DNA of 64,000 bases from Massalongia carnosa (Eukaryota). The position numbers and the translations under genes were made by a program. Position 1 is the first letter of the stretch. The number at the start of each line of letters is the position of its first letter. Positions 12,813-23,822 of the stretch are shown here, in pieces. The notes beneath the pieces were generated by a model, which had not been told where the DNA came from, did not search any database, and was given only the letters and a program-made list of their open reading frames with translations. The DNA lies in assembly GCA_965645245.1 (NCBI GenBank), contig OZ287069.1, positions 2,046,001-2,110,000 of the forward strand, given 5' to 3'.

Positions 12813-15275
12813 ACCGTGCGACCGAGGTAAATCCGATGGACCGCACCCGGAGCTACGCTCCAGGTGCGGCTCACCTCCATGACGCTATCATCTCCATGAC
12901 GCATTTCTCAACTATTTACATTATATCCATTGATTGACCCTTTCAAAATGAAGCTATTCAAAATCAAAGGCTGACGTTCATCTATCCAGCTTTCGGCCTT
13001 TTTACCCACCAAGCCAAACCGTTTAGCTATCGCTTTTCCATAGAGAAATATTTTCTTTTCTCTAGCCGTCTCAGCACGCTTTTGACGACCCTCCTCCCTT
13101 TCCACCTCTTCTTGGGTACGATGTAGGTGATTTTGCCTCACATCTCGAACGGTAACGATTCCTCCCTTCTGAACAACGGTGCCAGCAAGCTTTTTTCGGG
13201 CCCTTTTAGCTAATGCAGCTGTGTGTGTGGCTTGCAAGTCGCGTTGCGTCAATTCTAGTAAATTAGCGTTTGCAACCGACCCTTTGATAAAACGTCGCAT
13301 TCTTTCGGGAGTAATTTCTTCATTATTATTCATTCGCAGAATAATGTTTTCCCCTTCCTTAGCAACGGCTTTGGGCTTTTTGGGGGTATGAGGTAGGATT
13401 ATTGTCTCCGAAGATGATAATGGTAGTGGTGGTAATGCCGGATTTAAAGCACGAATTTTGGTCAAGACTACCTCCGGATTGTAAGGTATCAACCCAGTTT
13501 TTTCCCAGGCTGATTTGATAGTAGATGATTTGAATGCCTTTGTACGAAATTGATTGAATGCGGCCAGAAAATCCAGACGATTGAAGTCAACGTCACCCAA
13601 CCGAATGGCGTTGTCAACCGCTTCAGCATGATAATGTTTCATTGGCTGAAAAACACCAACGTCCAATGGCTGCGTCAAATGGGTTGAATGGGGGGGTAAT
13701 CTGAATAAACAGATCTTATTTTCTTTCGAATATTCCCAAAATTCATACGTTAGATGAGATCCATATCCATCCAACAAAAGAAGCCTAAACGCTCCTTTTT
13801 GAACCTTTTTTGAATGAGCATTAAAATGCTTTAGCCACTCTAATGCTAGACAATCATTCGAATAGCCGCTATCGCTTGTAGTCAACACGATATCATCTTT
13901 CAAATCATTCTCTAAGGCCCATTTGTGAAGTATGTTGACCCCTTTCAAAATCAAAAAGGATGGGACGCTTCCGCCAACTCCATTGATGCATTCGACCGAA
14001 GTTATATAGTCTCGATTGTCTGGATCAGCAATCATAATTCGTTTATGTGATGATAGTGTCACCACCAAATGGGTTACCCCACAGCCAACTCGAAAGCCTG
14101 TCTCATCCATATTCCATATATCATCTGGAGTTATACCAAGAAGGGCTACAGTCGATTGAAATGAAGAGAAATAAGTTTGAATATCCGTAACATTGTGAGC
14201 GTTTTTCCTTTCGGCTGCTAATGGCTTGCCTTTTTGCATGAAAATTTGGGGATTTCTTTTCAAGAATCGTCCGGTCCAGCATTTTCCTACGCGGGTGAGA
14301 GAAGATGAAGACGAGGAAGGATGTTGCAATTGCAACAAATAATTAGCTGCACCGCGAATCAATGGCAATCTCATTGATAATTCAATATCATCAAGAAATT
14401 CAATATACTCCTTCAGGGCTAGTTCTTGTGCAGCAGACAGCCTCATATTGACTGCTTTTCGCTTGCTATATCCATGTAGTCTTCTTTGAAATAGACGAGG
14501 TGAAATATCGAATTCTTTGGCACAGGCTGCGGCTGATTCGTATGTGTTCTTCGCAAATGCATCTAAGGCCTTTGCAGTGTTAGCCTCTCGTTTCTTGTAC
14601 GAATCAGACATGATGTGGTTGAATAATAAATGGTTGATGATAGATAATAGAAATTTTTAAAAATGCGTCATGGAGATTATTGGAATTTGCCATACCTGAA
14701 TATTTGCGACCGAGGTTCTTTTGCCTCCTGCTTACTAATTTCCAGATTAGGCAATCATATGCTATATGCGAAAAGCTTCAGATTTCGGCACGACTTCGGC
14801 AACTACGAGGAGGCAAAGGTATGCAGCAAAAATGCTACATTTCGGAGGCAATTCAGCTGTTCATCATCACTGAGTGTCTCGGTGTCTCCGGTCAGCAATA
14901 AGGTGTATTTTGCCCAGCTGAAAAGGTTCAAAGGAAGCAGGTTCATGCATTTGATATAGGCCGAGATGGAGGCCCTCAAGCAGTATAAAAAGACGATGAT
15001 TCCTCATGTAATTTAGCTATTCAGTCGTTCAGAATTCAGTTCAGCAGATAGCTAAATTTGGAGTATCTTCACTGGAAATACGGAGTACCTGCATCACGTT
15101 TGCCAAGCACTTCTCTTTGCCTATCCTTGATAGCCCTAGACCCTCTTCTCCTGCATCCCGCTGCCGTATGCCTGGTTGATTTTTTGTTCAACAGAGATGA
15201 TAGCGTCATGGAGGTGAGCCGCACCTGGAGCGTAGCTCCGGGTGCGGTCCATCGGATTTACCTCGGTCGCACGGT
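12813..15275 (-). mobile_element. Fot1/pogo-family DNA transposon, full length (2463 bp), apparently intact
   Basis: Perfect 82-bp TIRs (12813-12894 and 15194-15275, starting ACCGTGCGACCGAGG), flanked by TA at 12811-12812 and 15276-15277. Contains an uninterrupted transposase ORF. Confidence 0.96.
12908..14611 (-). CDS. pogo/Fot1 transposase (HTH + CENP-B-type HTH + DDE_1, DD35D), 567 aa
   Basis: Motifs VGKCWTGRFLKR, WNMDETGF, LLLLDGYGSH and LPPHSTHLTQPLDVGVF, with 35 residues between the 2nd and 3rd Asp. No stops or frameshifts. Confidence 0.95.
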   Translation of the reverse strand: MSDSYKKREANTAKALDAFAKNTYESAAACAKEFDISPRLFQRRLHGYSKRKAVNMRLSAAQELALKEYIEFLDDIELSMRLPLIRGAANYLLQLQHPSSSSSSLTRVGKCWTGRFLKRNPQIFMQKGKPLAAERKNAHNVTDIQTYFSSFQSTVALLGITPDDIWNMDETGFRVGCGVTHLVVTLSSHKRIMIADPDNRDYITSVECINGVGGSVPSFLILKGVNILHKWALENDLKDDIVLTTSDSGYSNDCLALEWLKHFNAHSKKVQKGAFRLLLLDGYGSHLTYEFWEYSKENKICLFRLPPHSTHLTQPLDVGVFQPMKHYHAEAVDNAIRLGDVDFNRLDFLAAFNQFRTKAFKSSTIKSAWEKTGLIPYNPEVVLTKIRALNPALPPLPLSSSETIILPHTPKKPKAVAKEGENIILRMNNNEEITPERMRRFIKGSVANANLLELTQRDLQATHTAALAKRARKKLAGTVVQKGGIVTVRDVRQNHLHRTQEEVEREEGRQKRAETAREKKIFLYGKAIAKRFGLVGKKAESWIDERQPLILNSFILKGSINGYNVNS

Positions 15276-18127
15276 TATTTCAATCAGTATAATCTCTTCA
15301 AAATTGGCATCCTTTGACCAGCAAATAGTTATCTGAGTAAAGATAGAGAAATCGTCTTTCAGTTTTAGAATGGAAGCGCTTTACTGCTTAGAAGACAGAT
15401 GCCCTATGGTAAAAAGATTCTCGCTTTAACTAGGGATCTAGGATGCACCCCTTCGAATTCATTTTACGTTTTATTAATGCTTGGACAGATGCCTAGTAGG
15501 CTACTTGTAGATGTTAGAATTAAGGAGAGCAAAAGCTTTTCTAAGAGATCGAATGGCTCTCGCGCAATAGAAGAAAGACAAATAGCAAGATAATTTGGGC
15601 TAGTGCATTAGAACATACCTATTCTTTTTACATTTTAGTGCCAATTTAGCCAGGCTTAGCTTGCGATCATGATTAATGAAGGGCTTTGCCAAGACTCCCT
15701 TCAGAGGATCCCTTCAGGAGTTTTAGCTAAAAATCAGGCCACTCATGTTGCGGCTTCCAAGGCGTCCTTCGGTTTTTAGAGGAACACAACGAGCTCTGTT
15801 CTGAGGTCATCTTCTCTGTTCTGGGTCCGGATTGACGTAGCGTTTGATTTCCTCCATGCTGTCTTAAGCCAGAGAGGGTTTCTGCGGTCCCTAGCCTTGG
15901 CGATCATGCCTAGCTATTCAATTTATAAGAGAATGGTTTCGGATGTTCTAGATATTCCAGGAGACAGTCCGACATTGCCCCAAAGATCTGGCTGTGCCTC
16001 TGAAATGTACCCTTGCCAGAAACCACCCCCCCAACCACCCCCCCCCCCCCCCAAAAGCAAAAAGTCATTAAATTTTTAAAAGAAAATAAGGAAGAAACGG
16101 GAATCTTGTAACATCGTTAACTTCGAAGTAATAGGAGAGATCTAGCTGATACTTCGATTTTTAAGGAAGTTGAGCTGAGCGCTGGTGGGGCGCTACGCGG
16201 ACATAGGCATACCATGACTCTGGCATATAATAGGGCAATCAATTACTTCGGAATATACTCCATTAAGACCTGTCAACTCTGCAATTGTATTTTTAATAGA
16301 CTGTTCATCTTGGCCCTCCATTGGAGGAACCAGCAGGTTGGAGGACTTGGGGTAAGACTACAACTTCAGTAAAACATTCTTCATAGACCGAGTTTATTCG
16401 GAACCGACTTACGAGAAACGACCAGGTTCCCCTGACTGTCGGTTTTGGGAGAGACTGGGCAGCAGGAAAATGCGATGCCTTATAATCTGATCAATCACCG
16501 ACTCCCCCATGGCTTGCAGCGAGGTCAACGTTAACTCTATCAACCGCGGCCATCGACGGTTCAAAAATGACAAAAAATCGATATTGTCTATCTTATAGCA
16601 AGCAGTTCATGAAGTGTTGGAAGAAATTCAAGCGAGAATCTTTGAGTCCCTGGATAGCCATCAAGCTGATATTAAGCCGTTTGATCTGTCGATGCATCTT
16701 GAGGGATAGATCCTCCTCAACAAGATATTCGAGGTTTAGATCAAGACACGTTATGTTGTTAAAGGTGGGCCCGTAGGAGGAAATGCCAAGTCCCACATGG
16801 CCCGAGTGATAAGAATCACGCCTATTCTTAGGCTCGAGATGTTGTTATTAAATCTACACAGGGCGCCTGGAATAATCTTCACTCATCTATGAATATTGGT
16901 TGTGCAGAATTGGGACTGGATGATCGGGTATAGATCCAAGGCGGAACACATAACGTAGCCAAATGATGGTGGTCGTACGGGTATACCATTACGTATCCAC
17001 CTTAACAGAGAATCTCGACATTGTGAAGGCTCTCAAAGGTTCGCATAGTGCTCACTTCACGACGAAGATTGTAACGCTCCGAATGCCCTAGTTATGAAGC
17101 CTAGCAATCGCTTCCTCAACCGCTGATCCACGCTTTTGTTTTGAAACATCTAGCAAGATTGAAACGAAAATTTTCGAAGAGAAGCTCTATGAAATGTAAA
17201 CACGGCACTTAAGGGAAAATTCAAGTAGAGAAAGTTGACGATCGTAACGGAGGAATCGCCCATTCATGGTGACATGATCAACCTTTCGGAAACGGTACAG
17301 TGGCTTTCCAGGCCGCTGTCACCACGCGGAAAAAGACCTGTGTTTTCAAAACGAATTGTGATATGGATGAAGGAATGGTTTAGTACGATATTGAGTTACC
17401 TGTGTTTAGCATTTATTTTAGCACAACTACAACATAGTAGAGACTAGATTAGATCAGATCCAGCCTAACCGTATCGGCTCCTTAAGACCTTTAGGTGTCT
17501 TAAGCAACCTAGGCTCGGATAAATCACTTCGCTCAGTAGAGGGTGACCAGTTAAAAGGAGAACATTGCTCTGTAGCAACTCTTCATCTTACACATCGGGG
17601 TCATACACATTGTCATTTATTACATAGCCATATAGCCATAGTCATATACCGATTTCAACAGGTTACTAGATCTATGAGTACCATATAATTGGGGGGTTGG
17701 TTTGTTGGATGTATGATATCGAGTTTAGTCAATTACGTGGTAGATGTATTGTGTTAATCTATGCATGAAAAGAAGATTTTCACAGCATGTTTCCCCCATC
17801 TGCATTGACGAATCTATTAAGCACTTCATTCAGTTCTTGCACCTAGAATACACTGGAAAGCTCCATCAAGATACACAACCGGCCACTGCTCCAGCCTCTT
17901 CGATTAGCTTGCTCAGATGATCAACAAAGGTGCAGAAGGAAAACAAGATGCAAGCTGGCAGCGAGTCTTCGTAGTTTGCTATGCTCCAACAGCCAGACAT
18001 TTTTGTCCAGCGGAAGAGCCGAATGAGATGGTAAAACAAAGAGTCCAGAGCACGAACAGGATGCCAGAAGACTTAGAAAAGATCGACCGATGCATTTCAC
18101 CCTAGATAGAGCTCTGTGAACAACAGT

Positions 18128-20758
18128 TTAGGATTGGCCGCCGGAAGGTGTGGCAGCTGCTGGCACAACGGAGTTTGAAGCTGTGGTTGTGGGTGCAGAA
18201 ATCGTAGCGGTCGCGGCCCCTTCCTCACCTCCAGCATTCTTGTTGTTAAACCCGCCACGGCCACCTCCACGTCCTCCTCGCCCGCCACGGTCAGTACCTC
18301 GACTACGACCACGACCGCCAAAGCCACCTCGTCCCCGATTCCCTTCACTATCGCTGGCGCCGCTCTGATAGCCACCTCGCTGGTTCGTGCTTGCTCCGCC
18401 TCGGTTACTCGCCTGCCAAGCACCAGCTCCCTGTCCCCCTTGATTATCTCGTGGATAATTGGGGCGTGGGCCGCGATCATCAAACCACTTGACATTGGGC
18501 TTGCGTGATTGACCAGCTGGAGGTGGACCAGTGTTCTTTTTGTGCTCGGCTGGTTGATTGTCTAATGCAGTCCGGGCGTCCTCATGGGTTTTAAAATGGA
18601 CTACATGATTGGTTTTTCCATATCTTTCAATCTTTGTGATATTCCACCTGTCAACTTCGCTAAAAATGTCACGCACGGCATCGTCATTCTCAAGATTCTG
18701 GACAAATAGGCCTGTGCTTGGCTTTTTCTCAATAGGCGGTGCAACGAGCTTGGAAGCTGATGCTGCGTTGGGTTTTTCGTTCGATTTCTCATTCGAAGTT
18801 CCATTACGTACTTCGGGCGTAGATGCAGCAGCGGGCACTTTCTCAGAGGTTGGCGCTGGGGATATGTTTGAGTTGGTGCTTGTTGTCTGTGGCTGCGGTG
18901 TCGCTGGCTTAGGTTGAGCTGCGGGTGCGAGTGCAGGTATAGGTACAGGTACAGGTGCAGGTGCAGGCGAGGGACCAGGGCGTGATGAGGTGGCGGGAGC
19001 TTTATCCTGAGAAGGCTGTGCCTGTTGCTGAACAGGTGTGGACTGTTTCTGCTGGACAGGTGGCTGGTGACTTCTTGGTTGCTGATTTGACTGTTGAGGC
19101 TGGTTGAACTGTTGGCTAGATTGAGCAGACGGGGCGACTGGTGGGCGATGCTGCCCAGGCCCTATTGGAGCGTTCCGGTTACTATCGTCTTGGAATACCG
19201 CAGCGGTTGTTTCGCCAGTGGATGGGGAATCAACAGATTGCTTCACATTCTGCTTACCAACAGTACCACGGTGGGCAAAGTTGAACCCCTGAGCTCTCAT
19301 CTCCGTTCCTATCCGTCCGGAGTCTATCTCGAGGACAAGATAACCAAAGGCTGCATCAGCTAGGTTGAAGTTCCACATGTTTTTGAAAGCGCTCTCGTCA
19401 ACCGCTCCAGCTGTACCCTGACCGGGTACAGGCCCCCCGAAAGGATTGCCCCCATTCGCTACCGAAGGCATTTTATGGACAATCTCGAGTGCATTGTTTA
19501 GCAATGTTTGCTGAGCATCGTTCTGTGATACAGCAGGCTCCACTTCACTCTTGACGGTTTCCCAAACGTCGTTAAATGATGCTTTCGACGCAGCAAGTTT
19601 CCCCCGATAGTGATCCAAGGTAGGATTCACGCTAAATTCGTTATAGGAGCTGCCATACCGAAAGTGAAGCCCGGCCGACACAGAGAAATCTGCCTTCAGC
19701 GTAACGGAAAGTTGATTCAGAAGACCTTCACGAGCTGGGGAAGCATGGGTCACAAAAATTCTAGTCTCGGTAGGATCATAGACGCGGTTCGCTGTATCCA
19801 CCAGTTCTCCCATTTGCAACAGGGTGGTCCACATTGTGCCTTGACCTCCCGCAATCGTTGTCCGACCCTCCCCATTATCGAAGAGTTTGTGCATGACCAC
19901 TGCACCCCCAAGCCCTAGTAACCGTAGCTTCACCCCACCTACCTCGAGCAATCTTGAGCTAGCCTCATCAATGATGTGCAATTTGTCGACCTTGTATTCT
20001 CCAGATCTGAATTTCTCCAACACTCGCACATCTTCACAGGCACCCCAAACAGTATAGACTGGAACGTCTAACGTATACTTTTTCTCAATGAATAGCGGGA
20101 GCTCCGACAGTATCAGCTCATTTGGGGTGAATCGTTGCTTGGCGTTTAGACTCTGGGGTGGGTTTGACTGAATGGCACGTTTAATAGCTTCAGATAGCAA
20201 TGGCGAGTATTGCGCAACGTGCTTCAATGTCCTGCAAAGCCACTTGATCAATTTGCTCATCATGACATACGTAAAGCATCATAGGCTGAATGATACATAC
20301 TTGTCCGCAATTCTATTCACAGAAGTATCATCGTAGAATCCGAAATCACCAGTATGAATAATGTAGTCTGCGCGTGCTTGCTTTGCCAGTTCGTTCAAAG
20401 ATTTCAAGTTTCCTGCAAGCCGACCAAATAATCAGTGATCGTCATATCAAGTTTGAATACGTCAAACATACCTCGAACATCTGCTACACATAAGATCCTT
20501 ACCCCATTGTTCTGAATCACACGGCCGTTGTTTGGGAGGAGGTTTGATCCAGCTGCACCTGCTGGGCCGTTTCCTGAAGCTGACGCACCAGTTGCACCAT
20601 TGGGTAGCTGGGCTTGATTGTAGGAGGTGTAAGGGCGCGGCTGTTGTAAGTATCAGCTACAAAGCTTAACGTCTCCGTTGGACTCCATCCCGTTGGAAAG
20701 TTGTTGAATAGTGGGTAAGAAGGAGCAGTGCATCGAGGCAAGAACTTACAGAAGCCAT
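18128..20758 (-). CDS. Conserved fungal DUF2433-like protein: calcineurin-like metallophosphoesterase fold + Q/P-rich linker + RRM-like domain + RGG tail; 4 exons
   Basis: 9-nt first exon ATGGCTTCT, then RILCVADVRG|NLKSLNELAKQARADYIIHTGDFGFYD, VYTVWGACED, FVTHASP and SAGLHFRYG. C-terminal GLFVQNL...HVVHFKTHEDARTAL (RNP-like) and RGRGGFGGRGR repeats. Confidence 0.8.
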
Positions 20759-20835
20759 ACGAGATTTGGTGCGATTGTTGACCGTGGAATCTGAGGACTA
20801 TGCGGCAATAACAAGGATAATATTACTCCAGGTTA

Positions 20836-20879
20836 GCCGAAGAATGTATCTGAGGTCGCCGAAGAATGTATCTAAGGTC
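20836..20879 (+). repeat. 22-bp tandem duplication
   Basis: GCCGAAGAATGTATCTGAGGTC followed by GCCGAAGAATGTATCTAAGGTC, just upstream of the DUF2433-like ATG. Confidence 0.85.
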
Positions 20880-21935
20880 GCTGAACAGATGCAGCTGAGG
20901 AAATGATATGGAGGGAAGAAAGTGAAAATTTATCAATGAGTTTTTGGTGTTGAGATGCAAAATGAAGCATGTGAAAAGACACACTAACTTAAAAAAGTTC
21001 TTGCCTGTGAATCTGCCACGCCTCCAGCCACTGTTCCAACCCAAGCCACTTTGGCGGATTCGCTTCTTTCACACAACCCACAACAAATGGCACAATCTAG
21101 TGAATGGATGCTCTGATTTTTAAGTTCCTTTCTATTCATTCATTCATTCGATTCAATCCACAACTGTTTAACTCCTTCTTGCCAGATGTGGAGTGGTTTC
21201 CCAACAGGATCTGTCTCTATTCTACTGTATTTGGAGCGCAAGATGTGTGCAGCCCTGCTTTCCTCAAAGAGCAAGTAGACAAATGCGCCTACCGAAAGCG
21301 CCGAAAGGCTTATCAAACTAGAATTCTTACTAAAAGAAAGATGAATAATTTTCATATCAAGAGCTTCAAAGGCTGCTGAGACTTGTTAAAGGGATATCAG
21401 GATCTCCCACTGTGACGATGATCTCATGTTGTCACAAAAGTTCTAATCTTACTACTTTTTAATAGCATAAAACATTGAAGGAGGCTATCCATGAACGAAC
21501 TACCGATGCAAAGGTTTCTTGCTCACAAGGGCTCTTATAAGGTTTCCCATGAACACTAGCACACCACGCGCCTTCACAGAAATAATCCCATCATGCTTCC
21601 GCGACGATTAACATAAGAAGATGAATACTTAAGAAGCTTGAGTGTGCCAGTGCGGTTCGACATGAGTTTTTTATTCTTCGGTAAAGCTTGCCTCAGTACC
21701 TCAGACGTGCTGTGGCTCAGCCTTCGCCTTTATTAACCTTTTCCGGTTAACTCGGCGCTAACTTATTTAGCCTATAAGTCTAACTTTTTATAGTTAGACT
21801 TTACTTACTAAGTTCGCTGTGCCAGCACGGCAAAACTCAATAATACAGGCAGGTTTGCCTTATAAATGAGAAAATGTTAAAATACCAAGCCGCCTTACCC
21901 GATTAAGCGTAAAATATCAACTCGATTGTGTTATA

Positions 21936-23577
21936 CGGAGGATGACACGAAAAGTCCTTGTTAGCGCGCATTAGTGTTATTTAGCGTCCTTTCTGCATGA
22001 CGCTAGTAAGTAAAAGGGGTTTTTTGTACATTTTGACCTGTTCAGCATCAAATATCATCAAAATAGATTTTTGTATGCTTCAAATATGACCTCACGTACT
22101 CAGAACAACAGTCTGACCATTGGACAAAAGTTACAAGCATTATCCCTGATTGAACATGGCATAGCAGCCAAAGTCGTTCAAGCAGTCACAGGAGTTCCCA
22201 CCCAATCTATCAGCTATCTCAAACGTAAGGCACGAGATCGAGGATATGATCCCACTATTTCACGAATATTGAAGGTAGAATACGTGCAAGATGCACCTCG
22301 TTCAGGACGTCCTACCAAAGTGACGCCTGAGGTAGAACAGGCCATTTTAAACAATGTTCGTCATGATCGAAATGGTAGAGAAAAATCCTCAGCCGTTTTG
22401 GGATATGAGCACGGAGTTTCATCTACAACCATTCTCAATGTTCTTCGACGCAATAACTTTCGTCCCTGCAAATCTACCATGAAACCAGGTCTTGATTCAG
22501 CGATGAAAGATGCTCGATTGCAATTTTGTTTGCGTCATCAACACTGGACTCTCGATGATTGGAGGAATGTTATATGGAGCGATGAAACCAGTGTCGTGTT
22601 GAACTCTCGACGTGGACGAAGACTTCAATGGCGAACTCCAAACGAAAAAATATGCTCAATCGTGCGTCCGACGTAGATGGAAAGGATGTTCCGAGTTCAT
22701 GTTTTGGGGTTGTTTTTCGTATGAAAAGAAAGGACCTTTTCATATATGGAAGCCGGAGACAGCAGCAGAAAAACACGCCGCTCAGAGAGATATTGACAAA
22801 ATCAATGAGATATTGGAGCCCGTAGCGAAAGAGAATTGGGAGTTGGAAACGGGCATGCAACGAATGGGACTGCGTACGAAAGGAGGTCGAAAACCAGCCA
22901 GGAGGTGGAATGAAACGCATGGAAAAGTGGTCCGAAAAGGCAAAGGGGGCATCGACTGGTACCGTTATCAGAAGGTCATTTCTTTTACCCAAACTTCTAC
23001 CCTTTGCTAAAGAATGTATGAAAGATCGTCCCGGTACTATTGTTCAGGAGGACAAGGCTCCCTGTCATGCTTCTAAACATCAGAACATCGTCTTTATGGA
23101 TGCAGGAGTCCTGCGTTTGTTGTGGCCGGGTAATTCTCCCGATTTGAACATGATCGAGCAATGTTGGTACTGGATGAAAAAACAAACCACACGTAAAGGA
23201 GCACCTCGAAATCGCATTACGGCCATCAAAGCATGGACACAGTGCTGGACAAAAAGTCTGAAACAGGAACAAATTCAGCATTGGATAGAAAGAATTCCAA
23301 GACATATACAGGAGATCATTGCTTTGGACGGAGGAAACGAGTATAGAGAGGGTCGAGAAAACGGTGTGATTAGGCCATATAATTCCGAAGATCGTCGCAG
23401 TCGCTATCGTAAAGACATATTGATAACAGTGATGTAGGTTGATGAGGTCTTTCGTTGAAAATGAGGTTGATGATGGGGTCAAAACGGGTGGTGTGGTGGG
23501 GTGGTGAGGTGGTGGCGTTACGCTAAATTTTTAGTGTCATTCTTAGCGCATCCAAGGACTTTTCGTGTCATACTCCG
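21936..23577 (+). mobile_element. Tc1-type (DD34E) DNA transposon, 1642 bp, nested in the Academ-like element
   Basis: 25-bp TIRs CGGAG(G/T)ATGACACGAAAAGTCCTTG with 1 mismatch. TA at 21934-21935 and 23578-23579. Confidence 0.93.
22086..23437 (+). pseudogene. Tc1/mariner DD34E transposase with two +1 frameshifts
   Basis: Three overlapping ORFs give an HTH with DAPRSGRP, then WRNVIWSDET, MFWGCF, VQEDKAPCH and WPGNSPDLNMIE (34-residue D-E spacing). Shifts fall at an A-run (~22645-22651) and a T-run (~22979-22981). Confidence 0.9.
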
Positions 23578-23822
23578 TACGTACCATCCCATCGTGTTCA
23601 ATGTGTGTGTTTTCCAACTACACGACAGACTATGCGCGCTGTAGAACGCCATCAAGGAACAATGAGCGCGCTTTCTAACCTCGATGCAAGTTAGACAAAA
23701 GGCCCAGATCTCAGTCTACAATGGACATCTAGTTGAGTCACAAAAATAGTAAGAGAATGACAGCTGCAAGCGGTCATTGATTCATAGTTAACTTGTCATC
23801 TCTATAGCTAGACTATGTACGG

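Noticed and set aside
16300..17450. Short Leu-rich ORF fragments (e.g. 16593-16796 on -) as a possible F-box/LRR relic
   Set aside because: Too short, with no diagnostic motif.
20836..20886. CRISPR-like repeat
   Set aside because: Two adjacent 22-bp units with no spacers in a eukaryotic 5' region; a simple tandem duplication.
21776..21801. Hairpin AAGTCTAACT-N6-AGTTAGACTT as a Helitron end or terminator
   Set aside because: AT-rich, no downstream CTRR terminus, and it lies within the Academ-like subterminal region.
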